Shown: positions 9,038 to 18,278, numbered from the stretch's first letter. The stretch: 64,000 nt of DNA from an uncultured Candidatus Saccharibacteria bacterium (GCA_964367745.1 CAYIYK010000002.1:4447-68446); one strand, 5' to 3'. Program-made: numbers and translations. The notes: a model not told the origin generated them from the sequence alone.

Positions 9038-11185
9038 CTAAACCGGCCAATCTTCTACAATCAACATTCTTTTATTCTCTACCGGCATATCTTTCCATAT
9101 TTCTTCTGTAACAAAAGGTATAAATGGGTGCAAAGTTTTTAATAGTTTTGATAGAGTATGAAGCAAGAATTGTTTTCTTGATTTCATTTCTTGCACTGTT
9201 CCCTCTTTTAGAACTTTTTTACTTTCTTCTAGTATCACATCAGCAAACTGATGCCAACTATAGTGATACAGCTTTTCGCTAGCTAGATAGAATCTAAAGT
9301 TATCCATATCTGATGTGACGTCTTTTATGATCAAATCAAATTCTTCAATCATCTTTTTATCCAAATCACTCCAATCCTTGAAATCTTTGTCATACTGTTC
9401 ACCTTCCACAGAAGTTAATACGAAACGAGTGATGTTCCAGAGCTTATTAGCAAAATGTTTATAACCCTTTATTTTGTCTTCAGACAGTGACAATGATGCT
9501 CCGGGAGTGTTTCCCACTATCATACCCATTCTGAATGCGTCTGTGCCAAATTTGGCTGTTAAATCGAGAGGATTTATAACATTACCTTTACTCTTACTCA
9601 TCTTTTTACCCTTTGCGTCTAGAACCACTCCATGCAGATATACAGTCTTAAATGGTACTTTACCAGTTATATAAAGTCCTAGCATTATCATTCTACTTAC
9701 CCAGAAGAATATAATATCTCCAGCAGTTTCCATCACATCTGTAGGATAGAAATCTTTAAAATCTTTACCGTCTGGATACCCAAGTGTTGCATAAGGCCAT
9801 TGTCCAGAAGAAAACCATGTATCGAAAGTATCATTGTCTTTTCTCAAATCCCCTCCGCACTTTTTGCATTGTTTTTCTTTATCTTCCAAATCAACAATAC
9901 CTAAATCACATTTATCACAGATCTTTGCTGGTATTGGTATTCCCCAAACTATTTGTCTTGAAATATTCCAATCGATTATATTTTCAAGCCAATGAGTAGA
10001 AATCTTTTCATATTGATCCGGAATGTATTTTATTTCTCCAGATTTTATTTTCTCTAGAGCTTTTTCTGCTAAAGGCTTCATACGAACAAACCACTGACTC
10101 TTTATTTGTGGTTCGATAGTTGTTCCACACTTATAGCAAGTCTTTATATTGTGTTTATAGTTTTCATCAACTTTTTCAACTAAACCCTTTGATCTTAATT
10201 TTTCTATTATAAGAGGTCGAGCCTTACTGATACTTAAACCTGCAAATTCTCCAGCGATCGGTAGAAGCTTTCCTCTTTCATCTATTACTTGTTCTTTATC
10301 TAGATTATGTCTTCCTGCAATATCAAAGTCTACTGCATCATGCCATGGTGTAATAGTCATAACACCAGTACCGAATTCCATATCGATTGCACTATCCTTT
10401 ATAACTGTTGCTTTTACTTTTCCATTTATCCATTCAGCTTCAAAAGTATCGCCGTGTTTGTATGCTTCATATCTTTTATCGTCTGGATGCATCACAACGT
10501 ATTTGTCTCCAAACTTGGTTTCTGGTCTAGATGTACCAATAGTAAAAGGTCCGTATTTTAGATAATAAAAAGGTTCAACTTTTTCTTCATCCTTTATTTC
10601 AAGATCGGAGAAAGAAGTCTGATGCTTTGGACACCAACTCACTATCTTTTTGCCTCTATAAAGCAAATCATCATCAGAAAGTTTCTTGAATGTCGAGTAT
10701 ACAGTTTTTATAACACTTTCATCCAAAGTAAATTTTGACCTATCCCAATCACATGAAGCTCCCATACTTTTTATTTGTGACTTGATATTTGTAGAATTTT
10801 CTAGAGTAAAAGCCATGATCTCCTCGTAGAGCTTTTTTGGTTCCATTTCAAAGCGAGACCTACCTTCTTTTTCAAGTTTCTTTTCATATACTACCTGCGT
10901 CTCAAATCCAGCATGATCAAGTCCAGGTAACCAAAGAGATTTATACCCATTCATTCTCTTATAGCGAATCATGATGTCTTGTATCGTCATAACGAGACCG
11001 TGTCCGGCATGTAATGAACCATTAGCATTGGCAGGTGGCATAATAATAGTAAAAGGTTTGCCGTTTTTGTTGGTCAAATCCTTTGGCAAATTGTCAGGAT
11101 TAAGAAAACCACTCTCAAGCCATTCACCGTAAATACGGCCTTCTACATCAGTATGATTGTATGGTTTAAGGAATTTTTCATTCAT
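9038..11185 (-). CDS. valS: Valyl-tRNA synthetase (short form)
   Basis: PPANANGSLHAGHG (HIGH region), MIRYKRMNGY, LWLPGLDHAGFETQ and the KMSKSKGN motif match ValRS signatures. Confidence 0.85.
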   Translation of the reverse strand: MNEKFLKPYNHTDVEGRIYGEWLESGFLNPDNLPKDLTNKNGKPFTIIMPPANANGSLHAGHGLVMTIQDIMIRYKRMNGYKSLWLPGLDHAGFETQVVYEKKLEKEGRSRFEMEPKKLYEEIMAFTLENSTNIKSQIKSMGASCDWDRSKFTLDESVIKTVYSTFKKLSDDDLLYRGKKIVSWCPKHQTSFSDLEIKDEEKVEPFYYLKYGPFTIGTSRPETKFGDKYVVMHPDDKRYEAYKHGDTFEAEWINGKVKATVIKDSAIDMEFGTGVMTITPWHDAVDFDIAGRHNLDKEQVIDERGKLLPIAGEFAGLSISKARPLIIEKLRSKGLVEKVDENYKHNIKTCYKCGTTIEPQIKSQWFVRMKPLAEKALEKIKSGEIKYIPDQYEKISTHWLENIIDWNISRQIVWGIPIPAKICDKCDLGIVDLEDKEKQCKKCGGDLRKDNDTFDTWFSSGQWPYATLGYPDGKDFKDFYPTDVMETAGDIIFFWVSRMIMLGLYITGKVPFKTVYLHGVVLDAKGKKMSKSKGNVINPLDLTAKFGTDAFRMGMIVGNTPGASLSLSEDKIKGYKHFANKLWNITRFVLTSVEGEQYDKDFKDWSDLDKKMIEEFDLIIKDVTSDMDNFRFYLASEKLYHYSWHQFADVILEESKKVLKEGTVQEMKSRKQFLLHTLSKLLKTLHPFIPFVTEEIWKDMPVENKRMLIVEDWPV

Positions 11186-11255
11186 ATATATGAATAATAT
11201 CAGAAATATGCATTTTTTGCCTTATTTGGGAGATTTTTTAGTATAAATAGTCTAT

Positions 11256-11284
11256 TTGACTTTTCTATTCAAATGTGATACTAT
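11256..11284 (+). promoter_or_regulatory. Sigma70-type promoter: TTGACT - 17 nt - TGaTACTAT (extended -10)
   Basis: Read directly from the sequence. The nearly identical element tctatttgactt...aaatgtgata(c/t)tatat recurs at 12455-12490. Confidence 0.45.
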
Positions 11285-11337
11285 ATTAGAAGATACTTTA
11301 AAGAATAAACAACTCAAACAAGAAAGGACTTTGACAT

Positions 11338-12357
11338 ATGACTCCCGCAAATACAAATCCCCCTGCCGGCGCGCCCCCGAATCCGTGGGTTACAGCTGCT
11401 GCCGGAGCACAACCTCCGACACCAACTCAAACTGGTAATCCTCCTGCTAACTCCGGAGGAACTGGATCAACCCCACCCACACCAACTCAAACAAGCAATC
11501 CACCGACCAATCCTGGTACGACTGGATTGACCCCTCCAAACCAACCTACGCAACAACAGACCCCAACTCGTTGGGAGAGAACAAAATCGTTTGTAGGAAG
11601 ACACCTTAATAAGTTTTTGATTACCTTGTCCGTAATCTTACTTATTGGGGTTCTAGTGGTCCTTGGTAAGAAACTCTGGAACCATTACCATCAAGAAGAT
11701 GAATCGACCACGGCAACAATGGTTGACAGACAAATTAAGGAAGAACGAGATGAGCTAAGGAGACAGGTTCGTCTTCAAATCATTGAGCAATCTCGTCTAA
11801 CAAACGAAGTCGCAGAAATACAGAAGGCTATGGATAGTTTGGTAGATAGATTTGCCAGCTACAAGAAAAATGTAGAGTCACAGACGAACACTTCGCCTAC
11901 TCAACCGACGAATCAGTCGGTGATTCAAAAAGAATTACCAAAAAATGTCGGTTCCGGCCTCGTCACTGTGAATGACAATCACGGTATTATAGAAATCACA
12001 GTCAAGAATGGTAACGGCGAAAGAAGTGTAATAACATCACAAGGCCCAGACAAGGCAGAGGATATGATTCCAAACCTTGCTGAGTCAACAGGGACTGAAA
12101 GTCCAATCACTACAGACAAGTCAGTGCCGCCAGGCGGAAATGGTATCAGGTACTACCTTCCAAAAGGATGGTCGATGAATTACAGATACTTTTGTTCTCA
12201 AGAAGACTTCGAGACCTTTGTAAACAAAGGAACTCGAGAAGTTCCTAAATGGGAGGCTACAGACGTTTCAAGCGATGGAAAGTCCGAATCCCTTTGGATT
12301 CGGAACCTATCACGAGGAAGTGTTAAGTTTACATTCACGCTAAAGCCTGCTGAATAG
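11338..12357 (+). CDS. Membrane-anchored protein with a Pro/Thr-rich tandem-repeat N-terminus and a coiled-coil; hypothetical
   Basis: Repeats PPTPTQTGNPPANSGGTGS and TPPTPTQTSNPPTNPGTTG, then the TM helix FLITLSVILLIGVLVVL, then a coiled-coil region. Confidence 0.55.
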   Translation: MTPANTNPPAGAPPNPWVTAAAGAQPPTPTQTGNPPANSGGTGSTPPTPTQTSNPPTNPGTTGLTPPNQPTQQQTPTRWERTKSFVGRHLNKFLITLSVILLIGVLVVLGKKLWNHYHQEDESTTATMVDRQIKEERDELRRQVRLQIIEQSRLTNEVAEIQKAMDSLVDRFASYKKNVESQTNTSPTQPTNQSVIQKELPKNVGSGLVTVNDNHGIIEITVKNGNGERSVITSQGPDKAEDMIPNLAESTGTESPITTDKSVPPGGNGIRYYLPKGWSMNYRYFCSQEDFETFVNKGTREVPKWEATDVSSDGKSESLWIRNLSRGSVKFTFTLKPAE

Positions 12358-12375
12358 TAGCTGTGAGTGTACACG

Positions 12376-12410
12376 AGCCCGAACGTATTCCGTTCGGGCT
12401 TTTCTATTGT
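12376..12410 (+). terminator. Rho-independent terminator
   Basis: Perfect 10-bp stem agcccgaacg / cgttcgggct with loop tattc, followed by TTTTCT. Confidence 0.8.
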
Positions 12411-12458
12411 ATGGCTAAAAGTATGAGTATTTCACACTATTTTCGATATTAAAATCTA

Positions 12459-12488
12459 TTTGACTTTATATATAAAATGTGATATTAT
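12459..12488 (+). promoter_or_regulatory. Sigma70-type promoter, a paralogous copy of the 11256 promoter
   Basis: TTGACT - about 18 nt - TGaTATTAT; about 30 bp of sequence identity with the promoter at 11251-11287. Confidence 0.45.
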
Positions 12489-12563
12489 ATGTACACATAG
12501 TTGCTTATCTTCTACGTACTGTGTACGGCCGAAGAAAAGCTTTGACAATCAAATATCAGTAAA

Positions 12564-13514
12564 ATGAATAAAACTAAATTATTTTTGGTGATTATGCTGT
12601 CCATCTCAGTATGGGCAATACTATTTGTAACCATTTTCTTTATCGGAATGGTTGCAAAAAAAGGAGGTATCGGTTTAACAGTACCTTTCATATTGTCAGG
12701 GGTAGCCTGGACATTATGGTACTTCTTCGTTGGTGGATACAAACACTTCTGGATTAATCCGGAATCAGATACTGCAGTAATACTACAAGACTACTTTCAG
12801 ACACCTCCAAAGTCACTGAAGGATTCTGAGGTAACCGGACCACTTTTTGTCCCCAAAGGCCAAGAAGCCGTGTTTACCGGTATAAATCCAAAGTTCCCTT
12901 GGCAAATACCTGTCGGCAATCCTATATCACTCAAAACAGTGTCACCATTCGAAGACACAACAGTGGCAAGTGACAAGGGTGGTGTTAGATACTTGATTGG
13001 GTTCAAGGTATTGCTTTCACCCGTAAGGAGTGAGTACTTACCAAGATTCCTACTTACTGACGACAAAAATGCTGGTGATTACTTCAAGAGTGAGATCGGA
13101 AAAGCAATCCGATCTGCGTTTGAAAATGAAGAAGATGGCGATGTGATAGTCAAGAACCACCAGGATTTTACCAAAAAGTATATCGAGCCATTATTCGGTG
13201 GTCTGAGTGAAATTTGTAATGAAGAAAACCGATATGGAAGGTTTAGTAATAGCCCTTTCATCGTAAGTGTACAACGACATCCAGATGATCAGGATGTTGC
13301 TCAGATTCCAACAATCATCAAAGAAATATCTTCGGGTGTTGATGAACTTACAAAGAAAGGTATACCATCTGGACAAGTCACACCACTAATCATGGCGGCT
13401 TTGGGCCAGAGAGTACAATTGGAAAACATAAGTGTCGACATGGGAGGAAATAAACCCAAAGACAGTTCAACGATAAATCCACTACCCTTAGCAGGTAAAA
13501 GGAGAAAGAAGTAA
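12564..13514 (+). CDS. Hypothetical membrane protein (two N-terminal TM helices plus a soluble domain)
   Basis: ORF with hydrophobic N-terminus and GC content above background. Confidence 0.55.
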   Translation: MNKTKLFLVIMLSISVWAILFVTIFFIGMVAKKGGIGLTVPFILSGVAWTLWYFFVGGYKHFWINPESDTAVILQDYFQTPPKSLKDSEVTGPLFVPKGQEAVFTGINPKFPWQIPVGNPISLKTVSPFEDTTVASDKGGVRYLIGFKVLLSPVRSEYLPRFLLTDDKNAGDYFKSEIGKAIRSAFENEEDGDVIVKNHQDFTKKYIEPLFGGLSEICNEENRYGRFSNSPFIVSVQRHPDDQDVAQIPTIIKEISSGVDELTKKGIPSGQVTPLIMAALGQRVQLENISVDMGGNKPKDSSTINPLPLAGKRRKK

Positions 13515-13515
13515 T

Positions 13516-13947
13516 ATGGAAACTGTTGCAAAAATAATTGGTTCGTTAATACTCAGCCTGCTGTTACTGTTTGGTATTTACACATACCGAACCAGTGACA
13601 AGGACGCTGAGGGTGGAGTAACCTCCTCCCCAACCCAAATCAAGTTCGGGGTGATGCAAATCATCACCGTCAACAAGATTACACCTGTAGAGGTGGAAAT
13701 CTTTGATGGTGAGAACCGGTCAGAAGTAGTTATTGGTGCAATGGATGAAAAGACGCCGTACACCTATTACTACAACCGTGGGTTGTCGAACGAGGACAAA
13801 GGTCTCGTTCCAGCCCACAAGGACTGGAATAGACTCGGATTTAAACCGAATCTTCAAAAACCAGGTATGGTGAAAGTCGAACTTTCACTACCACCAGACG
13901 CTCCGATGGAGAGCGCGCAGTTGTACTACATTATCAAGAAAAAATAA
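13516..13947 (+). CDS. Hypothetical protein with N-terminal TM anchor, coupled to the upstream gene
   Basis: The TAA of the upstream gene is followed 1 nt later by this gene's ATG. Confidence 0.5.
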   Translation: METVAKIIGSLILSLLLLFGIYTYRTSDKDAEGGVTSSPTQIKFGVMQIITVNKITPVEVEIFDGENRSEVVIGAMDEKTPYTYYYNRGLSNEDKGLVPAHKDWNRLGFKPNLQKPGMVKVELSLPPDAPMESAQLYYIIKKK

Positions 13948-13960
13948 TGCGTACACAAAA

Positions 13961-13990
13961 AGGGACCCACGAGGTCCCTTTCTTTTTTAT
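13961..13990. terminator. Bidirectional Rho-independent terminator shared by convergent operons
   Basis: Stem agggacc / ggtccct with loop cacga, flanked by an A-run and TTTCTTTTTT. Confidence 0.8.
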
Positions 13991-14001
13991 ATATTATTGA
14001 A

Positions 14002-14316
14002 TTAAAGGAATGGATCAGGAACTTCTAGGGTATTTGAAATAAGTCTAATTATTCCAAAAGCAGATAACATTATAAACATTCCAATAACTCCCCATATTAT
14101 GCTGTTCTTACCATTTGTTCTTTCTTCTGAACCCTCCTCATTCGCTATCATCTTTACGATACCGTAAGTAAATACAACAAACGCTCCAAAGAATACAACA
14201 CCGATTATAGGATTTATGATATTTTCAGAAATCTTTGCTATCAAACCACTAACTGTGGGGTTGGACATTATTTTCGATGCAGATTGTGCATTCGCTGTTT
14301 TTACCAAATCAAACAT
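14002..14316 (-). CDS. VirB2/TrbC-like small pilin-type protein (paralog 6 of 6): N-terminal leader plus two TM helices
   Basis: Hairpin topology of two hydrophobic helices separated by a charged loop (EEGSEERTNGKNS). Confidence 0.4.
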   Translation of the reverse strand: MFDLVKTANAQSASKIMSNPTVSGLIAKISENIINPIIGVVFFGAFVVFTYGIVKMIANEEGSEERTNGKNSIIWGVIGMFIMLSAFGIIRLISNTLEVPDPFL

Positions 14317-14317
14317 A

Positions 14318-14689
14318 TTAGTTTGGAACTGTTGGAGGACGAGGAAGTTTAATATTATCTACTGTAGTAGGTTGTGCTGGTTGACCAAATTTAAATGAAT
14401 TCGTAAGTAGGAATACCAATCCCCAAATAGAAAGTATTACGAAAAGTCCTATAACTCCATAAAGTATAGATTGTCCTCCCTTCTTTCGAGCTTCTTCATC
14501 ATCTGCACCTAGAACTAGATACTTCACAACACTAACTATAATCCAAAGTACTGCAAGTGATATTGCAATCTTAATAATAAGGTCACCGATATTCGTTGCC
14601 TTTTGTGCAACTGAGTCAATATCTGTAAGTGTTTGTGCGAATGCAAATACTGGTGTAGATGCAAGTACAAATGCTATAAGTTTCTTCAT
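14318..14689 (-). CDS. VirB2/TrbC-like small secreted two-TM protein (paralog 5)
   Basis: Signal peptide MKKLIAFVLASTPVFAFA|Q; TM1; loop GADDEEARKKGGQS; TM2. About 85% identical to the next paralog. Confidence 0.45.
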   Translation of the reverse strand: MKKLIAFVLASTPVFAFAQTLTDIDSVAQKATNIGDLIIKIAISLAVLWIIVSVVKYLVLGADDEEARKKGGQSILYGVIGLFVILSIWGLVFLLTNSFKFGQPAQPTTVDNIKLPRPPTVPN

Positions 14690-14772
14690 AAAAATATAAT
14701 AATAATTGATTAATAGTAACGTAGGAATTATAACAACAATATATTTTATCTACAAATAGGTATGTGGATATA

Positions 14773-15198
14773 CTATTTTCCTGGATATGGACCGTTTACA
14801 CCTGGAATAAGAGGTCCTCCATCGACACCTCTAGGTGATGGCGAGGTTCCACCATCTATTCTTACACTATCAAAACTAGGTCTTTGGGTAGTCGTAAATC
14901 TGAATGAATTTGTAAGTAGTGATACTAAACCCCAAATCGACAAGATCACAAAAAAACCAATAACTCCATAAAGTATAGATTGTCCTCCCTTCTTTCGTGC
15001 TTCTTCATCATCTGCACCGACTATAAGATACCTGACCACACTCACAACAATCCAAAGTACAGCAAAAGCAATAGCAAGCTTGATTATAAGATCACCAATA
15101 TTTGTTGCTTTTTGTGCAACACTATTTATGTCTCTTAAAGTTTGAGCAAATGATATACTCGGCAATAATGTTAATAGTAAAATAATTATTTTTTTCAT
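14773..15198 (-). CDS. VirB2/TrbC-like small secreted two-TM protein (paralog 4) with a Gly/Pro-rich C-terminal tail
   Basis: Signal peptide MKKIIILLLTLLPSISFA|Q; same GADDEEARKKGGQS loop; tail PSPRGVDGGPLIPGVNGPYPGK. Start adjusted to the internal Met. Confidence 0.45.
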   Translation of the reverse strand: MKKIIILLLTLLPSISFAQTLRDINSVAQKATNIGDLIIKLAIAFAVLWIVVSVVRYLIVGADDEEARKKGGQSILYGVIGFFVILSIWGLVSLLTNSFRFTTTQRPSFDSVRIDGGTSPSPRGVDGGPLIPGVNGPYPGK

Positions 15199-15202
15199 AT
15201 TT

Positions 15203-15580
15203 TTATTCTGGATTTGTAATAGTTCCACTTTGACCTCCTGTACCTGGTATACCTATATCTTTGAGTGCTGCAGGTTTTTGGTTTTCAAGATCGAATGTAT
15301 TCTTCAACAATGCAACCAATCCCCAGAATGAAAGAATCACAAAAAAACCAATAACACTAAAAAGTACGTATTTACCTGCTTCTACCTTATCCTTTTCTGT
15401 AAAGAAATATAGATAAACATTCCATACGAATGTAACTACAGCAAAAGCAATTATTAGTCCTAGTCCAATGTTCAAATAATCAACCACAATTGAAGCTATA
15501 TATTTTAAATCCTTCCCTACTGCAAAAGTGATGCTTGGTAGTAATGATATTAATGCAATTCCAATTTTTATTTTATTCAT
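15203..15580 (-). CDS. VirB2/TrbC-like small secreted two-TM protein (paralog 3)
   Basis: Signal peptide ...SITFA|VG; two TM helices; tail GIPGTGGQSGTITNPE. Confidence 0.4.
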   Translation of the reverse strand: MNKIKIGIALISLLPSITFAVGKDLKYIASIVVDYLNIGLGLIIAFAVVTFVWNVYLYFFTEKDKVEAGKYVLFSVIGFFVILSFWGLVALLKNTFDLENQKPAALKDIGIPGTGGQSGTITNPE

Positions 15581-15588
15581 ATTATTAA

Positions 15589-16029
15589 TTATTTTAATAG
15601 TTCTTCATTTACTAATCCTGATGATGCAAGAGTATTTCTTACAACCTCTACGATCACCTTGGAACTAATAAGTATCGCAGTGCCTATAATAGCTGCAGTA
15701 AACCATTCTTTTGCTTTATCAATCTCTCCTGGATTACCTTGAGCCATTACTAGTTTGAATCCTACCCAGATAAAAGTAAAAACAGCAACAATAGATCCTA
15801 TAAAGATAGCGAAATCAACCAAAGATAATAATAGATCTTTTAGGTTTTTTGCTTTTATTGGGTTTTCAAGCTTTATCATTTTTGCTGGTGGATTTGATGT
15901 ATTAGATCCTGTTCCAGGTGGAACTGGTGTAGTTGCTCCTGTTCCAGGAGGAACCTGTGCAAAAGCAAATGTTCCAGTAAATGATACAAGTATAGCTATC
16001 AAAGTAGAAAATATTATTTTTTTATTCAT
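15589..16029 (-). CDS. VirB2/TrbC-like small secreted two-TM protein (paralog 2) with a Pro/Gly/Thr-rich N-terminal region
   Basis: Signal peptide ...FAFA|QVPPGTGATTPVPPGTGSNTSNPP, then two TM helices. Confidence 0.4.
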   Translation of the reverse strand: MNKKIIFSTLIAILVSFTGTFAFAQVPPGTGATTPVPPGTGSNTSNPPAKMIKLENPIKAKNLKDLLLSLVDFAIFIGSIVAVFTFIWVGFKLVMAQGNPGEIDKAKEWFTAAIIGTAILISSKVIVEVVRNTLASSGLVNEELLK

Positions 16030-16034
16030 TATAT

Positions 16035-16457
16035 TTATTTACCAATAAAAATATCGAAACCGGAATTCTTTTCAACAAACCAATCGACTACAGTTATCAC
16101 TGCTATCCAAGCTACAAGCATAATTATAAACCCATAAGCCACCGATTGGAAGATGCTCCTTGCCGTCTCTATCTTACCTGGGACTCCAGTCATATACATG
16201 ATACCGGCGTAAGCAAAAGCTACTGTTGCAATAGGTATAGTTATGTAGAATAACCAACTAATAGCAGACCTTACAGTTTCCATAAGTGCATTGAAGTCAC
16301 AGACTTTTTGTCTTTCTGTTTCTCCCGGAGTAATAACTCCATCACACTTAACAAGACCACTATAATCTAGTTTCTCTTGAGCAAAACTGAAGCTTGGTAG
16401 TATTGATATTGCCAAGATTATAATAAGTGCGATTTTTTTAATATTTTTATTTATCAT
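16035..16457 (-). CDS. VirB2/TrbC-like small secreted two-TM protein (paralog 1), contains a Cys pair
   Basis: Signal peptide ...SFSFA|QEK; CDGVITPGETERQKVCD; two TM helices. Confidence 0.4.
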   Translation of the reverse strand: MINKNIKKIALIIILAISILPSFSFAQEKLDYSGLVKCDGVITPGETERQKVCDFNALMETVRSAISWLFYITIPIATVAFAYAGIMYMTGVPGKIETARSIFQSVAYGFIIMLVAWIAVITVVDWFVEKNSGFDIFIGK

Positions 16458-17752
16458 TGTGATGTTAATGAAAGATTTAATTCATCACTAGCCTTCGACA
16501 GTGCATTGTATAGACTAGATCTACCACTTGTTACACTTTCAACTAAGTCTGTAAATACTGTATTTGATTTTTGTGCATTTGTATCAAGCCAACCTTTTGA
16601 AATAAGTGCTGAATCTAGAAATATAGACATGTATGGATCTGTAGAACCACTTGCCACAGCATCTCTTCTTACAGATGGTAAATATGTAGCTTTTGACAAT
16701 AGTGATGATGCTTCTGTTGATGTGAGGATTTTTATTATTTGATAAACAGAATTTTGATCCTTTGTACTTCTTGATATTGATAGACCATACATCTTGCCAT
16801 AAGTAGCTCTATTCTCTCCATTTTTACCCTTCCATTGTGGCATTGGTGCAACATCGTAATCTATGTTTGGATTCTTTTCTCTCAATTCGCCTATTTCTGA
16901 AGCAAAACCAAAATATGTTGCTAGGTTACCTGATAAGAAACTATTTTTTGACGATGGAAGTGATCTATTCCAAGAATAATATTGACCTAGAGGATTTGAA
17001 AATTGTACATAAAAAGCTAGAGCGGGTGAAGAAGTCTTCGTACCATTGAACTGACTGTCCCCAATAGCACTCACTGTACCCTCTCCACCATTGTAAGTTA
17101 CAGGGTTACCCTTTTGCAAAAATAGTGTACTTAGAAGTTCTCTTGCATGATTTATATTTCTAAATTCTCCCATAGCTATTGCACTTCTTCTAATATTTGA
17201 ATTCTGATCTTTCTGATTTATTCTCGTTATCAAGTTTGAAAAATCATCCCAATATGCAGGATATTTTGCTATTCCAGCATTTGTAAGCATTGTTCTGTTC
17301 CAATACATAACCATTGGATCTACGATAAAAGGAATCGCTCTAGCGCCAGTGCTTGTAATATAAAGATCTGCTTGTGGAATATAAGTATTTTGGAAATCTC
17401 TTTGTGTTAAAACTGTATTTGGAATCTCTATTATCTTATCGCTAAAACCAAGTATTTCATCTTGAGAGATTAGTATTGCATCTGGACCCTTTCCTCTAGC
17501 TAGCTCTTCTATGTACTGTCTTCTAAAATCAGAGCTTGGTATCTCAATATAATTTACAGATATTTGTGACGGCCTGTTTATATTTATATTTGTTAGAAGT
17601 TCATTAAAAGTACTTTCTGGGAATGTACCCCAAATAGTAATTGATGGGAGCGATGTAATTGTACTATCACCTTTAAAAGTCGCGAATGCTACTACACCTG
17701 CTATTATAAAAACTACGAATATTGATGTAAGTATTATTTGAAATTTGCTCAT
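16454..17752 (-). CDS. Membrane-anchored extracellular solute-binding-protein-like protein (ABC SBP family 1-like), orphan
   Basis: N-terminal TM anchor followed by ITIWGTFPE...LARGKGPDAILISQDE, an SBP-like architecture. No ABC permease or ATPase is adjacent. Its start overlaps paralog 1 by an ATGA. Confidence 0.4.
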   Translation of the reverse strand: MSKFQIILTSIFVVFIIAGVVAFATFKGDSTITSLPSITIWGTFPESTFNELLTNININRPSQISVNYIEIPSSDFRRQYIEELARGKGPDAILISQDEILGFSDKIIEIPNTVLTQRDFQNTYIPQADLYITSTGARAIPFIVDPMVMYWNRTMLTNAGIAKYPAYWDDFSNLITRINQKDQNSNIRRSAIAMGEFRNINHARELLSTLFLQKGNPVTYNGGEGTVSAIGDSQFNGTKTSSPALAFYVQFSNPLGQYYSWNRSLPSSKNSFLSGNLATYFGFASEIGELREKNPNIDYDVAPMPQWKGKNGENRATYGKMYGLSISRSTKDQNSVYQIIKILTSTEASSLLSKATYLPSVRRDAVASGSTDPYMSIFLDSALISKGWLDTNAQKSNTVFTDLVESVTSGRSSLYNALSKASDELNLSLTSQ

Positions 17753-17753
17753 T

Positions 17754-18278
17754 TTAGATTTTTTTAAATATCATACCATAATGATGGTCTCCAGCGTCGA
17801 ATGTCTTCTCGATTTTGAAACCATTTTTTTCAAAAAGACCTTGGGCAAGAGATTGTGGCACTGCTTCAGCTGGCTTAAAACTACTATCCTCATTCCAATC
17901 TATGACCATCAATTTTCCTCCTGACTTTAGTAATCTTTTTATCTCTAATGCTACATTGTCTCTGTTTTTTGGATCAATTTGGAATAAAGTATTAGAAAAT
18001 ACAACACGCTCAGCTATAGCTTCGCGAACCTTTGTACCACCAAGCTTCTCTACATCGCCATTTATTACTTCTATATTATGTAGACCCGCACCCATAGCAG
18101 AGTTTTTTATTCTAGTTAAAAGATCTTGCTGTATATCTACAGCATAGACTCTTCCAGATGGACCTACCTTTTTTGCTAGCTCTATAGCATAAAAACCAGA
18201 ACCTGATCCAATATCAACAATCTTCATACCATGTTCAACACCAAGTTCTGCAATATTTTTTATTGGATCAGAAAACAT
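17754..18278 (-). CDS. Class I SAM-dependent methyltransferase
   Basis: Motif I VDIGSGSGFYAIELA; 174 aa. Confidence 0.7.
   Translation of the reverse strand: MFSDPIKNIAELGVEHGMKIVDIGSGSGFYAIELAKKVGPSGRVYAVDIQQDLLTRIKNSAMGAGLHNIEVINGDVEKLGGTKVREAIAERVVFSNTLFQIDPKNRDNVALEIKRLLKSGGKLMVIDWNEDSSFKPAEAVPQSLAQGLFEKNGFKIEKTFDAGDHHYGMIFKKI

Larger units (their letters stand above)
14318..15198 (-). repeat. Recent tandem gene duplication (paralogs 4 and 5, about 85% amino-acid identity)
   Basis: AQTLTDIDSVAQKATNIGDLIIKIAISLAVLWIIVSVVKYLVLGADDEEARKKGGQSILYGVIGLFVILSIWGLV aligns with AQTLRDINSVAQKATNIGDLIIKLAIAFAVLWIVVSVVRYLIVGADDEEARKKGGQSILYGVIGFFVILSIWGLV. Confidence 0.7.
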
